A stretch of DNA of 64,000 nt from an uncultured delta proteobacterium (GCA_963760795.1 CAVXEP010000022.1:64001-128000), one strand, 5' to 3'. Positions 31,336-43,002 are shown, counted from the stretch's first letter. Numbers and translations are program-made. The notes: generated from the sequence alone by a model not told the origin.

Positions 31336-33106
31336 CTAGCGCGGTTCGGCGATGACATCGACCAAGTACGGCAGCTGCTTCTCTTTGACGTATTTGACGC
31401 CGCGCTCGATGGCCGGCCGGAGATCCGCCGGGTTGCGCACCGGGCCTTCGCTGTTGACGCCAAAGGATTTCGCCATCATGGCGAAGTCGATGGCCGGGTC
31501 GTCAACATGAGTGCCGATCGGCGCGTTCTCCACCGGCCGTTTACGAAACTTAGCGACTTCGATGCCGTGCTCTTCGGAATTATAGTAGGACTGGTTGTTG
31601 TGCATGATCATGAGCAGCGGAATGCGGTGTTTCGCCGCCGTCCAGATCGCGCTCGAAGTCATCAACATGTCGCCGTCGGATTGAATCGCCACGGCGAGCT
31701 TGCCGCTGCCCTTGAGTGCCAGAGCCGCGCCGATCGCCGCGCCTGGCCCATAGCCCAAGCCTGCGCCGCCGCTGCCGCCGAGGGATTGATTCGGCTTGCT
31801 TAAGTCCCATAGCCGGCGCGTCCAACCGTTCGAAGTGCCGTTGACGCAAACCCAGTCTTCGCGCTTGATCGCTTCGCCGATCTCCAGCGCCAACCACGCT
31901 GTCGAGATGTCTTTCTGCGAGCCTTTCGCCTGGGCGTCGCTCAGCCATTTGGCGCGGCGGCTCTTGTGCTTTTCCGACAGTTCTTTTTGGCGCGCTTCGA
32001 TGGTCGCTTTCTTGGCGCTGTCGTTGCCGATGAGTTCGCGGCACAGCCGGGTCAGTTCCGGCACCGCCACCGAGGTATCGGCGGTCATCGGAACATCGAT
32101 CGCCTGCAGCGCCTGGAAGTCGTTGGCCCAGGAGTGCACCAACATATCGTTCATCGAGATGCTGGCGATGCGCACGCCCGGGCGTGGTCACGTACTCGCT
32201 TTCGCGGGTCTGTTTGCTCACCGTGGTCAAGGCGCCAAACAGATCGCCGACGTCGAGAGCCAAGATAAAATCAGCCTTCTGGAGAATTTCCCGGGCGCCG
32301 TCGGTCACATCCAATGGATGCACCGCAGGAAAGTTGAAACGCGCGCCCTTATCGACCACCGGCGCAGCCAGCGACTTCGGCCAACTCGATCAGCATCGGC
32401 ACGGCCTTGGGATTGCGGCCGAGCATGTCGGCGACGATCAATGGATTTTTCGCATTGACGAGCATCTCCGCGGCGCGCCGCAGCGCTTCGGGATTGGCCT
32501 GCGCCGGCGCTGGCCTAGAGTGACGGCTCACGTCCGGCATGTCGACCAGGTCTTAACCGCGTCTTCTTGAATATCAGCATCGTAGTTAATATAGACCGGC
32601 GCGGTCGGATCGGTGGTGGCGATGCGGTAGCCACGGATGAATGAATCGGGCACGTCGGCCAGCGAATAAGGCTGATCGTCCCACTTGGTGTAGTCGCGCA
32701 CCTGGTTGCCCTGCACCAACGCGGTGTGGATCCAGTCGATGCGCGGCCGGCGCCGTTTCGTGTTCATCGGCCCAGTGCCGCCGAGCACCAGCATCGGCAC
32801 GCGGTCGATGTAGGCGTTGAAGATCGCCATGCTGGCATGCTGCAAACCGACCATGTTGTGGCAGATAGCGATCATCGGTTTGCCTTTCGCCTTGGCATAG
32901 CCATGGGCGATGGCCACCGAGATTTCTTCGTGATGGCAGAAGATCACTTCGGGCTTGTAGTTGCCGCCATAGTTGACGATGGAATCGTGGATACCACGGA
33001 AGGTCGCACCGGGGTTGAACGCGGTGTACTCGATGTCATGGGCTTTCATTAGATCGACGACGACATCGGAACCGAATTCCGGTTGTTTCTTTTCTACTCT
33101 GGACAT
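31336..33106 (-). CDS. Thiamine pyrophosphate-binding enzyme, ALS-like (frameshifted)
   Basis: NPGATFRGIHDS, HHEEISVAIAHGYAK, GGAGLGYG, SDGDMLM..HNN; split over four ORFs. Confidence 0.88.
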
Positions 33107-33195
33107 TACTAGACTCCTCCCTCTGATTACTGTTTCGCTCTCAATACCAGGAAACCCGCCACCTAGCTAGGGCTGATTTAAGAATTCTCGGCTGG

Positions 33196-34087
33196 CTATT
33201 TCTGCTGTAAAAGACCCTTTTCGTAAAACAATTCCAGGGTCTCCGCCAGGTCGCCGTGGCGCACGCCGCTTGCGCTAGCTTGGCCCAGGTTCAACGCGGC
33301 GATAGCGCGCAAGACCTTTTGCGCCGCCGGCGCCATAAACGAATCGAGACCATGTGAATTGAAGGTGCGTTTCAATTCGTCCATCTCCTCGGCGCGCCGC
33401 CCGGCGTGAATCTGCAAGCCGACGATGCTCGATGAAACCTTGTCAAGCAAACCGGGAAAGCTCTCCTCGTACTGAGCGCGAATTTCGTCCAGCAAGCCAA
33501 ACTTCCGCGCGCCCATGAGCAGCTCGCAAAACAATCCTTGAAACCCCTTGGTCAGCCCGGCGTAAACGACTTTGAACGCCGAAGCCTGATTGGTACCGGA
33601 GCCCAAAATCTTGAGGGGAATGTTGAAAGCTTCGAGCCCGCGCAGCCGCTCAGCCTGCGGCCCGGAAAGATAGACGATCGTGCCTTTGCCCATCTTCGCC
33701 GCGGAACCAATGATACAACCGTCGACGAAATTCACCCCCGCCGGACGTGAGAACTTTGGCGATGGCGTCGGCGGTCATCGGCGAGATCGCGTTGGCATCG
33801 CAGTAAAGTAAATCTTTTCTGCCACTCTTGAGCGCCGCCTTCGCCACTTTGGTGGCGACCTTCTTGGCGGCCGACGGCACGACGATGGATACAATCAGTT
33901 CGGTTTGCTTAACCAAAGCGTTCATCGAAGCGACCGATGCCACACCGGCGTTTTCCGCCCGCTTGCGGCTCACCTCGCCGCGGTCCTTGTCGTAAGTCAA
34001 AACTTCGACGCCGTGGCTCTTGAGCAGTTTGGCCCAATGAAAGCCCATCTCGCCGATGCTCATGATACCGATTTTTTGAAATGCCAT
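33196..34087 (-). CDS. NAD(P)-dependent oxidoreductase (6PGD-like, DUF1932 type; frameshift near 33740)
   Basis: IGIMSIGEMG, DANAISP, VDGCIIG, ASAFKVVYAGLTKG, HAGRRAEEM. Confidence 0.85.
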
Positions 34088-34533
34088 AATTCGCTTCCTC
34101 CTTGTTGCGACCGACGATCTCTATGCCATATCGGTGGGCGATTTTAAAGACAATGCTTGATTGGCCGATCCATCTATTCGAGGAACTTTCCCACGCCGCG
34201 CGGTTTACGACAAAGACGGCATCGACGCCGATGACCTGGCATTCTAAAAAAAATGGAAACGCGAAAGCCTCAGTCGACAACGGCGGCGGTATCGCCATTT
34301 CTGTATTGAAATAATGTCAAATCTACCTGCGCCATGAGGTGGTCGCGGAGCCGCGAGAGTCATACAGGGTTTACTTGCGAAAATTCACCTTAGACGGTGC
34401 CATGGCGCTTAGCCTTATGGTTATGAAGCGATTCGAGGAATTGATAGTCGGGGCGGACACAATAACTGCGGCAACCATCTACAATGCCGTTATGCGGGTA
34501 ACGTCGAGAATGGAAGACGGGCAGATAGGACTA

Positions 34534-34680
34534 ATGGAAAATCAAGAAAAGTAATTCACCACGGCCAGCTAATGGACTTCCTGGAAATATCGCGCAGCAC
34601 GGTTTATCGGCTCATGGTCAAGGGTATGCCGAATCCTGGTGGGGAGCGTTCATAGGATTCCAGTGAATTGGATGACTGGA
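34534..34680 (+). pseudogene. Degenerate excisionase-like (HTH_17/AlpA) gene
   Basis: QLMDFLEISRSTVYRLMVKGMP, then shifted frame ILVGSVHRIP; internal stop. Confidence 0.55.
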
Positions 34681-34940
34681 AAACCGAGCGGAAACAAACT
34701 GAATAATAGAGAAACGGCGAAGGTGCCGCGCACGCTGTTGCACAAATCCCTGCGGGCTCGCCTGGGTTGTACCTAAATAGACTCGCGGGCGTCGTTCTCG
34801 GTAAGGCTTTTTGTTGGGCATGATAGACGGCAAATCTTTGTTTGGTTTGGCAAATACCTCCTTTGTATTTGTCTCATTTGGGCCACTCCTATAGAGCCAC
34901 CTGCATAGCTTCCCCGCGCCGGATTCTTTTAATGTCCGTC

Positions 34941-35204
34941 TTAGGGGCTGCGTCGGATTCTTTCGATATGGGGCGAGATGGGGCCACCGCTGGTGTGCAT
35001 GGTGAAGTCGTTTTTATTTATTTTTCTCTTGGCATTTCTAATCCTCTCTTGGATAATTTCGATAATAATTGAGCCGATAAATGCGTAAATGAAAATGGAA
35101 GTAAGCAGTAGGAATGCTCCGAGTACTACAATGAACGGCGCAAAGGTAATGATAACAGCTGCCCAAAGTAAAATCTTAGGAGCTATGTCAAAATAAAATT
35201 CCAT
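34941..35204 (-). CDS. Hypothetical small membrane protein
   Basis: AT-rich 87-aa ORF with a long hydrophobic stretch and RBS AGGAAAGG. Confidence 0.45.
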   Translation of the reverse strand: MEFYFDIAPKILLWAAVIITFAPFIVVLGAFLLLTSIFIYAFIGSIIIEIIQERIRNAKRKINKNDFTMHTSGGPISPHIERIRRSP

Positions 35205-35479
35205 TTCAAATTCCCTTTCCTAGTTCGATGCCGAACCATGTGACCGATAGCCCGGTCGGTGCCAAAAAACTCGATCAACAACCAGGCGTTTTTTTTCCAT
35301 AGTTTGATCGCGTTGACCCGCTGAAATTTTTCATCCCCATACTGGCCGCGCTGGAGATGGCATTTACGACATAAAGGAATCACTGTTAAATCGTTGCGCT
35401 TTCTTCCCGGTTCCTCTGGCTTTGACAGCAATGCTTTTCGGCATAACCATGTGTCGTTGGTAAAAACAAATACGCGCAT
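35183..35479 (-). pseudogene. Phage DUF968/HNH-like protein fragment
   Basis: KRNDLTVIPLCRKCH..G.EKF motif typical of phage HNH-like proteins; N-terminal part not recognisable. Confidence 0.5.
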
Positions 35480-35712
35480 TTCAGTGCTGCAGTCGAGGCG
35501 ATTTTCACAGGCAAACTCCGTTATTGCAGTGTTGGTAACGCAGCATATGTGCCACTGGCAAGCTTGACAGTGAATGGGGAGCCATGCTCTTAAGATGCCG
35601 TTGAAGGGAGGTGCAAGCGTGCCCGAGGGATCTCCAACGGTTTACCGCCGGGCAGGGACGGGGACGAAATCACCGCGGAATTCTATGAAACTGGCCATAG
35701 TGGCCGTAGGCA

Positions 35713-35850
35713 TTGGGCACATTGAGCGCACACAACAGTCTTATGAACCTTCGGAGCGTCGGGGCCATGCTAGTATTTTTCAGTTATTTATGGTGCCCGG
35801 AGCCGGACTCGAACCGGCACAGCGCTTTCGCACCGAGGGATTTTAAGTCC
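35713..35850. repeat. 138-bp exact direct repeat (copy of 38813-38950) containing the tRNA-Leu 3' half (35791-35850); att site
   Basis: Base-by-base identity; ends at the anticodon stem TTTTAAGTCC. Confidence 0.95.
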
Positions 35851-35949
35851 GAGTCACCTTTCGCCAGACAATTTCACGTGGACGATAACGAGGCGAACTC
35901 TGAAGGTTTTACGGCTGGTGTGTGCGCTTCGGTGCTATTGGCTTTTGGT

Positions 35950-35984
35950 AGTTTGGGCACAGTGACGGGCACAGTTTGGGCACA
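35950..35984. repeat. Tandem (T/C)GGGCACA repeats, putative integrase arm-type sites
   Basis: AGTTTGGGCAC AGTGACGGGCAC AGTTTGGGCAC; GGCACAGTTTGGGCACA recurs at 38805-38821. Confidence 0.6.
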
Positions 35985-36069
35985 CTGGCCGTAGGCCAGG
36001 GGGGAGGGGGTTCGCTCCGGTTCATGATTAACGTTTGACCCTGCTAGAAGTTAAACGAAACTCTAACGG

Positions 36070-36160
36070 TAGGTACGCGACAACCAACCCATTCCCAACG
36101 GGATCAGTCTCAAACGCCATGACAATGGGAATCGTGGAAGTTACTTCTTTGGCGAAACCG
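36070..36160 (-). pseudogene. Fragment of an ABC substrate-binding protein (ABC_sub_bind family)
   Basis: AKEVTSTIPIVMAFETDPVGNGLV matches the family's TIPIV..DPV..GLV motif. Confidence 0.65.
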
Positions 36161-36304
36161 GTGATTCACGGCCCAAATAATAATGTTGTTGCGCAAAATA
36201 AGCCAGGGCCATTGTCAGGAATCTTCGTGCCTGCCGGGCTATGACAATGACCCTGGTGGTATTTCCCCAAACTCTCCCTCGGATCGGCTCGGCGAGGATC
36301 CCCA

Positions 36305-37168
36305 TTATTTTAAAGAAAGTTGCTGCGGCTCGCCGTAAATAAAGTCATCCATCATCACGATATCGTTCTTCTCATTATCATCCGGTCCCGGAGCTGCATT
36401 GCCGGTTGTGATCCGGACTCGCGCAATGGTCGCGTCGTCGAATACGATGCCGAAGAAGGAAAGACTTGCATCGCCCGGCGAGGCCGGAACGAAACTGCTG
36501 AATATTAGCTTGCCGTCCTCGTCGAAGTACTCCATCAGCGTGCTGGCCTTACGAGGACTCCCGCGCCTCTCGCCAGGGCCGATCCCATTTGGTTCGTCAA
36601 CATCTGTGAAGACCGCGCCGAAGCCACGGACCGTTGCTGGAAAAGCGCCGTTGAAGCCCGGCACGAAGAACAAGGCTTCGGTTATGTTGCTGCCTACCGG
36701 GGTGAATAGGCGCAAAGGGCTGAACGTGCTAAACGTGGTGCCATAGGTCGGATTGGTAAAAAGCCCTGCGAGGCCGTCTTGGGGCCCGCCCGATGGAGGA
36801 GCCTGCGAGAGGCCCACCCCCGGGGTCGTGAACTGGCCGCCGCGGGTATTCAGGAACACATTAAACGGCGTTACGGGATCTGTAGTTGCGTCGACACCAC
36901 CACCGCCATCCCAGTTGATCTCGCGGCGACCACTTGTGAGCGGCCCTGCCGTATTGCCGTTGTTGGGTTCTCCTAGAGCTGCACGGAACTCATCGACCGT
37001 ACCCTCAATCGAGTCTGCGGTTGGCCCGGCTGCCTGGAATACAACCGGCGGAACAAGGTTCTTGGATTTTTTGGCTTGCGTCTCCGCAGCCTGGCAAACT
37101 GGCAATAGCATCATGACCGACAACAAGCCTAAGGCGACTACGACAGCTAAAAGTACATGTCTTTTCAT
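36305..37168 (-). CDS. Hypothetical secreted protein
   Basis: Signal peptide, RBS AAGGAG, 287 aa, RREINWDG and MDDFIYGEP motifs. Confidence 0.8.
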   Translation of the reverse strand: MKRHVLLAVVVALGLLSVMMLLPVCQAAETQAKKSKNLVPPVVFQAAGPTADSIEGTVDEFRAALGEPNNGNTAGPLTSGRREINWDGGGGVDATTDPVTPFNVFLNTRGGQFTTPGVGLSQAPPSGGPQDGLAGLFTNPTYGTTFSTFSPLRLFTPVGSNITEALFFVPGFNGAFPATVRGFGAVFTDVDEPNGIGPGERRGSPRKASTLMEYFDEDGKLIFSSFVPASPGDASLSFFGIVFDDATIARVRITTGNAAPGPDDNEKNDIVMMDDFIYGEPQQLSLK

Positions 37169-37900
37169 GATTGCACTCCTTCATTCTATATTCTTTGAAA
37201 TGCCTCATGTCCGTTCCTCCTACTTCACTCCCGCCGGTGCGCGGCAATTCCGTTCGGGCTCGCCGTGTGCTGCGTGCCTGAAGATATTCTCCTCCTTTCA
37301 TGGAACAGCCGGTTAGCTTCGTGCTGACACTATCATCGAATTGAGTCGGGTCAAGTTAATTTTCGGTGAAGCACGCAAAAAGTTCGATAGGGAAATAGTG
37401 GATTCGCGTTTCGATATTCCTTAGCGAGCCTAAGGAAAATCGATTCAACGCCGTAGAGCGGTGGCATACAAATACAGCAGACACCTGGTAACTTTATAGC
37501 TCCAGCGTCCGCTGAAAGCTTCAATAAGCCGCTTGGCACCGGTCCCATCGATTTGAAGGCTCGGCTGAAATGTCCCCGGAGTGGCCTTGCCGATGAGATC
37601 AAGCACGCCGTCCCGCCGGCCTTCCCACTTGCTGAGCGGTTTTTCCCAATAGCCGCCTAACAAATCCTCGACAATCTGCAAAAGATCGAACTCGTTTTGC
37701 TGCTCGGTACCCGCGTTAAGATTATTGAAATCTTATGATTTCTGTTATCCTGTCCGAGCACAGTGCGAGTTTAGGTAAAAGCCTTCTGCCTTCGTAATAA
37801 GTGTTTTTGTGGGGCATGAGGTATAAAATGAGCGCTGAATCGACCGAGGTGACCACGTCTTACCAACCGACAGAGCAAGAACGGTCCGCGCTCGAAGCTC

Positions 37901-38784
37901 ATGCCGGCAGGAAGGAAAACGCCAACATCGCCACGGCTCAAAACGTGGGTTAAAGACAACATCCCGCAAATGGCGGTGGATCACCCAAGCGTGATGGCTT
38001 ACTTCGGCGACTTCAAAGCGCATGAAGTGGGCACGGATTTGATAAAGCGTTACGTTGCCATGCGCCAGGATCAAGGCGCGGCAAGCGCAACCATCAACCG
38101 CGAGCTGTCCGCTATCAAGCGAATGTTTAGCCTAGGAATACAAGCCGAAAAGATTTTCCGAAAGCCTTACGTTCCGATGCTGCAAGAGCACAATGTCAGG
38201 CAAGGTTTTTTTGAGCGCGCCGAGTTTCTCACCCTTCGCGCTGCGCTACCGGACTACTTGAAGCCCGTTGTGACGTTCGCCTACTTCACCGGCTGGCGCC
38301 GTGGCGAGATAACCGGACTCAAGTGGAATTATTCGATCTTGCGGCGAAGTCAGTGCGGATCGAAGGCGAATCAACCAAGATCCACAAGGCGCGGACAATC
38401 GCGCTGGACGGTGAATTGCTCGAAGCGATTCAAGGCCAATGGGATAAGCGCAAGGTGGCCGAAATTCCAGGTCAGTCCCCTGCTCTGATTTGCCAGTATG
38501 TCGTTCACCGCAATGGAAAGCCTGTCGGTGACTTCCGCGACACATGGGACAAGGCGCTGAAAGTAACCGGGCTTGCGGGTAAGATACTTTACGACTTCCG
38601 GCGCACAGCGGTTAGAAACATGAATCGCGCCGATGTCCATGAGCGGGTGGCGATGACGGTAAGCGGCCACAAGACGCGCAGCGTGTTTGATCGGTACGTT
38701 ATAGTCAGCGAAGACAATCAGCGCGAAGCAGCGCGTAAGGTTTGGGAATACGGCACGAAGCGGCGGCGAAGGTTGTCGCGTTGA
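37901..38784 (+). pseudogene. Tyrosine integrase A (N-terminally truncated, frameshift near 38330)
   Basis: ATINRELSAIKRMF, TGWRRGEI, YDFRRT (His of HxxR replaced by Tyr), SGHKTRSVFDRY. Confidence 0.85.
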
Positions 38785-38890
38785 GATCGAATCAATAATC
38801 GGTTGGCACAGTTTGGGCACATTGAGCGCACACAACAGTCTTATGAACCTTCGGAGCGTCGGGGCCATGCTAGTATTTTTCAGTTATTTA

Positions 38891-38979
38891 TGGTGCCCGG
38901 AGCCGGACTCGAACCGGCACAGCGCTTTCGCACCGAGGGATTTTAAGTCCCTTGTGTCTACCTATTCCACCATCCGGGC
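38891..38979 (-). tRNA. tRNA-Leu (TAA)
   Basis: GCCCGGATGGTGGAATAGGTAGACACAAGGGACTTAAAATCCCTCGGTGCGAAAGCGCTGTGCCGGTTCGAGTCCGGCTCCGGGCACCA: 89 nt, long variable arm, encoded CCA. Confidence 0.97.
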
Positions 38980-38990
38980 TAGCTTTAATT

Positions 38991-40150
38991 TCAACCACTT
39001 ATGGCCTCTGCGAGGTCTTCCACTTTTTCATGTCTGCACCCTGTCTGCATTTTCGCGAAGGATTCGGTCAAGTGATGGTCCTTTACGTTCACATAGCGGT
39101 CATGCATCTCGAAGGATGAATGGCCCGATGCCGCCATGACCGCCTCGCGTGGAATGTCAGCCATAGACCAGCGAGTGATGCAGGTATGCCGGAAATCATG
39201 CGGCTTCAAATCAGAGATGCCCGCCTTATCCCTCGCCATCTCGAAGGCTGTGCGGATACTTCGGATCGGCCTACCGTTGCGAGTAAATACCCGATTCGAG
39301 ATATTGGCTACCTTGGACTGCTCCGCCCTTAGTTCATCGAGTACCACCCGAAGCGCCGGCGAGATTGGCACCGTCCGCTTCTTCTTATCCTTAACATAGT
39401 CAGCCGACAACCAGATAAAACCGGCTTTCTCGTCTACCATCGCCAAAGTTAATTTTATCGCTTCACCGGACCGCAGGGCAGTTTCAAACAATGCTATAAG
39501 GACGGGCTGCACAGGCCGGGCTGAATTTTCCAGTAGCCCGCGGTATTCCTCATCGGTTACGATCCTATCTCGTTTGAGTTCCTTCTCACTCTCGAGTTTT
39601 ATCCGCGGCACTTTTTCGATAATGTCATCATCCGCCGCTAAGTTCAGCAAGTAGCGAAGAAAAGCTAATTCTCGATTCACCGTGGAAAACTTTATCTTCG
39701 TATCGGCTACAGGCTTGCCCCTGCGCATTTTTGGTTCCGCTGACCGCTTGGAGCGATACTCCATGACCTTACTTCGGTCAATATCCGAAAGCAGCATGTC
39801 ACCGAAGAATGTCTTGAGTGTCTTAAATGACCGCTTCTCGCGCTCCACGCCGCCCGCCCGCTTATGAGGGTCTACCTTACTTTTGAAATAATCGGCGCCG
39901 TATGCGCCAAAGGTAAGCCCTACTTGCGGCTTTTCCTTATCCGCGTCGAAGTCCTCGCGGCGAATATTTCGCGCTTTCAAGACGGCTAATTCGTCCTTGG
40001 CTGTCTTTAAGTCATCGCCAAGTGGGAATGTTCGCCGCTTGCCGGTCCAATCCTAAACGCACCGTAATAATTAGTGCTCCAATCACCATTGGCGATTTGG
40101 TACTGCCGCTTGTACAGATTCTTAGCAATGCGTTTCATCTGCGCTTTCAT
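38991..40150 (-). CDS. Tyrosine integrase B (frameshift near 40050)
   Basis: MKAQMKRIAKNLYKR N-terminus, STVNRELAFLR, TALRSGE, HDFRHT, SGHSSFEMHDRY; catalytic residues intact. Confidence 0.9.
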
Positions 40151-40160
40151 TGGCGAGCTC

Positions 40161-40346
40161 CTAGCGGGTTTTAGCTGCGGCCCTCGCAGCTAACTTTGTC
40201 AGTGCCTTCAAATTGGCACCACGCGGTTTATGCACCCCTGTTTCCCACCGGGCTACGGCTACTTGAGACGCCCCGATAGAATCCGCCAATTGCTGCTGCG
40301 TCATGCCTAAGGCATCTCTGATGTTTTTTACCTGCTTTGGCGACAT
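40161..40346 (-). CDS. XRE family HTH regulator
   Basis: IRDALGMTQQQLADSIGASQVAVARWETG..KP. Confidence 0.9.
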   Translation of the reverse strand: MSPKQVKNIRDALGMTQQQLADSIGASQVAVARWETGVHKPRGANLKALTKLAARAAAKTR

Positions 40347-40353
40347 GACGGTC

Positions 40354-40382
40354 TTTATATCAAACGATATAAGCCATGTAAA
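40354..40382 (-). promoter_or_regulatory. Leaderless promoter of xre-int with overlapping palindromic operator
   Basis: TTTACA-N17-TATAAA-N7-ATG; perfect inverted repeat TTATATC-AAAC-GATATAA at 40355-40372. Confidence 0.75.
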
Positions 40383-40637
40383 GCCATTCGACCTAAGATG
40401 TCCGCTTTTTTAACCACTTCTCGACTTCCACCGGATCGAATCTGATTATTTTTTTCGCTTACCGGATCGTAAGGGGATTTAAGGAAGATCACTTGAATAA
40501 GCCATACGCAGCACTGTGGATTCACTGACTTGAAGCAGCTCGCTAATCTCCTTTGGTTTATGCAATCGGTTCACGCTTTTGCCCTCGTCAACTTCCAGCA
40601 CTCATTCTTGATTTGCGTATCGGTAATGCGAATAGCG

Positions 40638-41235
40638 CTATTCCACTCCCGTTCGTACCTTGAGAAGTCTTTTGATTTCCCGTATTTCATCATTCATCGT
40701 AGGTTGCTGCTTACCCGAGAAGTCCATTTCTGTGATTATTTCCGCCAGCTGCGAGGGCTGATAATTGCCAGAGACGGAGATCGTCGTCGCGATATGTTTA
40801 TGGGCCAAAGTTTTGGCTTATGGCTTTGATCTCTTCGCCGTTCTTGCATGCCTTGAAAGCCAGGTTGATAGCGAGATGCCTGAACGTATGTGGTGGGTAA
40901 TAGGGAAGGCCAGCTTGCTGCGCACGCCTACGAAAAATGACCCTGACTCTGCCAGCGCCATGCCAGTAGGCCGGTTCGACTTCGGTTGACGACTCGAAGC
41001 TTAGCTTATCCGTCCCCTGGTCCGCCTTGGCGCGAGGAAATAGCGGGTCTTGCGAACCGAAGCCCTTCGCCTTGAGATGCTTCGACCAGTCGATAATGTA
41101 ACCAAGCAGCTTCTCATCGAAGGCAAATATCGTCGTAGGTATAAGTTTGGCGAATTTGGTCTTCACTCCCAGTCTAGGGTTCTGTACGATTAATAGCTTG
41201 GCTTCGTCAAAGCAGCCCAGTGGCAGGACGATATT
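40638..41235 (-). pseudogene. C-terminal fragment of a third tyrosine recombinase
   Basis: VKTKFAK, PHTFRH, KAISQNFG(H); frameshift; catalytic Tyr position reads Ser; N-terminus absent. Confidence 0.75.
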
Positions 41236-41422
41236 GATCGGGCTGTCTTTGATCGGCGCATTGTGGCATTTCAATCGCCCGTGGTTTTAGGCTACTGGCG
41301 CTGATCACTTACCCGCTACCGCACCCAAATCCGGCGCCCTCTCGGCGTCAATTCTCTTGGCTCGGCGCCTTGCTTTCGCGCTTCTACGTGCGGTAGAAGA
41401 ACGCTCCCCATGGAGGTTCGAC

Positions 41423-42066
41423 ATGAAACAAGCAATCAAGATACCGTTCGGGTTTATCCTAGTATTGTTGCTATCCAATTTGGCCGCCGCAACCTCCCAC
41501 GAGAACGCTTCATCCGCAGTAGCGCCGCCATGTACAGTGGCATTGCAACATACGTTTGCGTACAGGAGTAACCGCACGTTCACCAGAACTGTAAAGCAGG
41601 TCGGGGAGTTGTGCGTAGTCGGCAACTCCTATTTCGATAAGGCTGGGTGCTAGTTAAGCTGATCGCACCTGACGGTCGTGAGATAACTTCGCCGGACCTC
41701 CAGTTTCCCCAAATCGGTAAAGAGTGGCTTTCGTTTCCTTTAGTCGTAGGTAAAGAGTGGCAACATTCAGTCCGCACGCTTCAACAAATAACACGTGCCG
41801 TTCGGTCGTATGTCGATTGGTACAAGGTGGTTTCCACAGATCGGATAACAGTTCGAGCAGGTACATTTGAGACTTACAAAATAAAGTACGAGCAGCGGAC
41901 GGGGCAAGGCGTCGGGGTAAGATATTTCTGGTATTCGCCAGATGCTGAATACTACGTCAAACATCAATATGCCGGTGACGAAAGCACTCCATCTGACTTC
42001 TGGGTTAACGTTGAAGACTACGAGCTACTCTCGATTCGCCGTCCAGGAAGCAAAACAAAACAATAA
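41423..42066 (+). CDS. Hypothetical secreted protein (frameshift near 41640)
   Basis: RBS GGAGG, signal peptide MKQAIKIPFGFILVLLL, FPLVVGKEW, ITVRAGTFETYKI, WYSPD motifs. Confidence 0.65.
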
Positions 42067-42099
42067 TAAATACGGTCAGGCGTTCACCCAGCGGAAAGC

Positions 42100-42420
42100 T
42101 TGATCCCAATGCCTTCAATGACGGAACAATACAAAGACCTTTGGATTTCCGGCCATGCCACTCCCGGCTATCCCGGCGGCAATAACTCGACGCCTGGTGC
42201 CACCGTTTTGTATCAGCGCCCCGACAATTCAGTGGTGGAGCTAACGACACTGAATGTACACAACTTCGAGTTAGAGAACCGCGAGGTTGCCGAGTTGATC
42301 GGTCTGGAACTCGCTAGGCTGATCGTTGACACTTGCTATCCTGAACTTCAGCGCGAGCGGCAGGAAATAGAGCAAAAAGAACGACGGCAAATCCGACATC
42401 GCCTTATCGACGTTAATTGA
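42100..42420 (+). CDS. Hypothetical protein
   Basis: 106-aa ORF; an internal segment is duplicated at 45962-46000. Confidence 0.55.
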   Translation: MIPMPSMTEQYKDLWISGHATPGYPGGNNSTPGATVLYQRPDNSVVELTTLNVHNFELENREVAELIGLELARLIVDTCYPELQRERQEIEQKERRQIRHRLIDVN

Positions 42421-42448
42421 AATACGTGGGGCGTAGGGCTCGGCGCCC

Positions 42449-42721
42449 TCATTTCGGCTTCTGTGGGATTTTAATTATTTCATCTGCCATGCCGCGAAAT
42501 CGAGGTTTATATCTCTCATCAAGTGCGTCAATCCTCGAAATTACCTCGGCCCCCAAACGGTCTATCCAGTCTTTGAATTCTTCATCGCTGAGCCAATCTT
42601 CGTTTCGCCGCTCCTTGTTGTCTACCTCATCGATAATTGCTTGAGCTTCGCGCTTGTAGTTATCCAGCAATACCTGAAAAAGATCCTCAAACCCCATTTT
42701 GGGGATATAGAGTTCATCCAT
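42449..42721 (-). CDS. Hypothetical protein
   Basis: 90-aa acidic helical ORF; stop abuts a junction repeat. Confidence 0.6.
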   Translation of the reverse strand: MDELYIPKMGFEDLFQVLLDNYKREAQAIIDEVDNKERRNEDWLSDEEFKDWIDRLGAEVISRIDALDERYKPRFRGMADEIIKIPQKPK

Positions 42722-43002
42722 AACCAGATAACTCCAAAAAACGCTTCCATATCTCGGGTTCGCTCCGAGGTCAAGCCCCGCCTCACGGGGATGGAAAAAC
42801 CAGGGCGCTGGATTGCTTTATCTCTGTGACGTGCGGTAGAAGGCGGCGATGGATGACCAAGCACTCCGCCAACTGTGCGCTGACCTTAATGCGAAGTCAG
42901 ATGAGGATTTGGCCAATTTTCGCGCAGGGAAGGCGAGGTGGAAAAAGAAAAAGGGAGGAGTATTGGAATTTTATCTGGCCTAACGTTTTTGTTGGAGGTC
43001 AT

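Larger units (their letters stand above)
35713..38950. mobile_element. Element A: 3.1-kb tRNA-Leu 3'-side integrative element, probably decayed
   Basis: Bounded by 138-bp direct repeats; contains a tyrosine integrase and GGGCACA arm-like repeats at both ends. Confidence 0.75.

Noticed and set aside
34340-34365. TGGTCGCGGAGCCG as a degenerate left att copy of the tRNA 3' end (TGGTGCCCGGAGCCG)
   Set aside because: The position is suggestive, but the match is short, gapped and lacks the T-loop; it cannot be told from chance.
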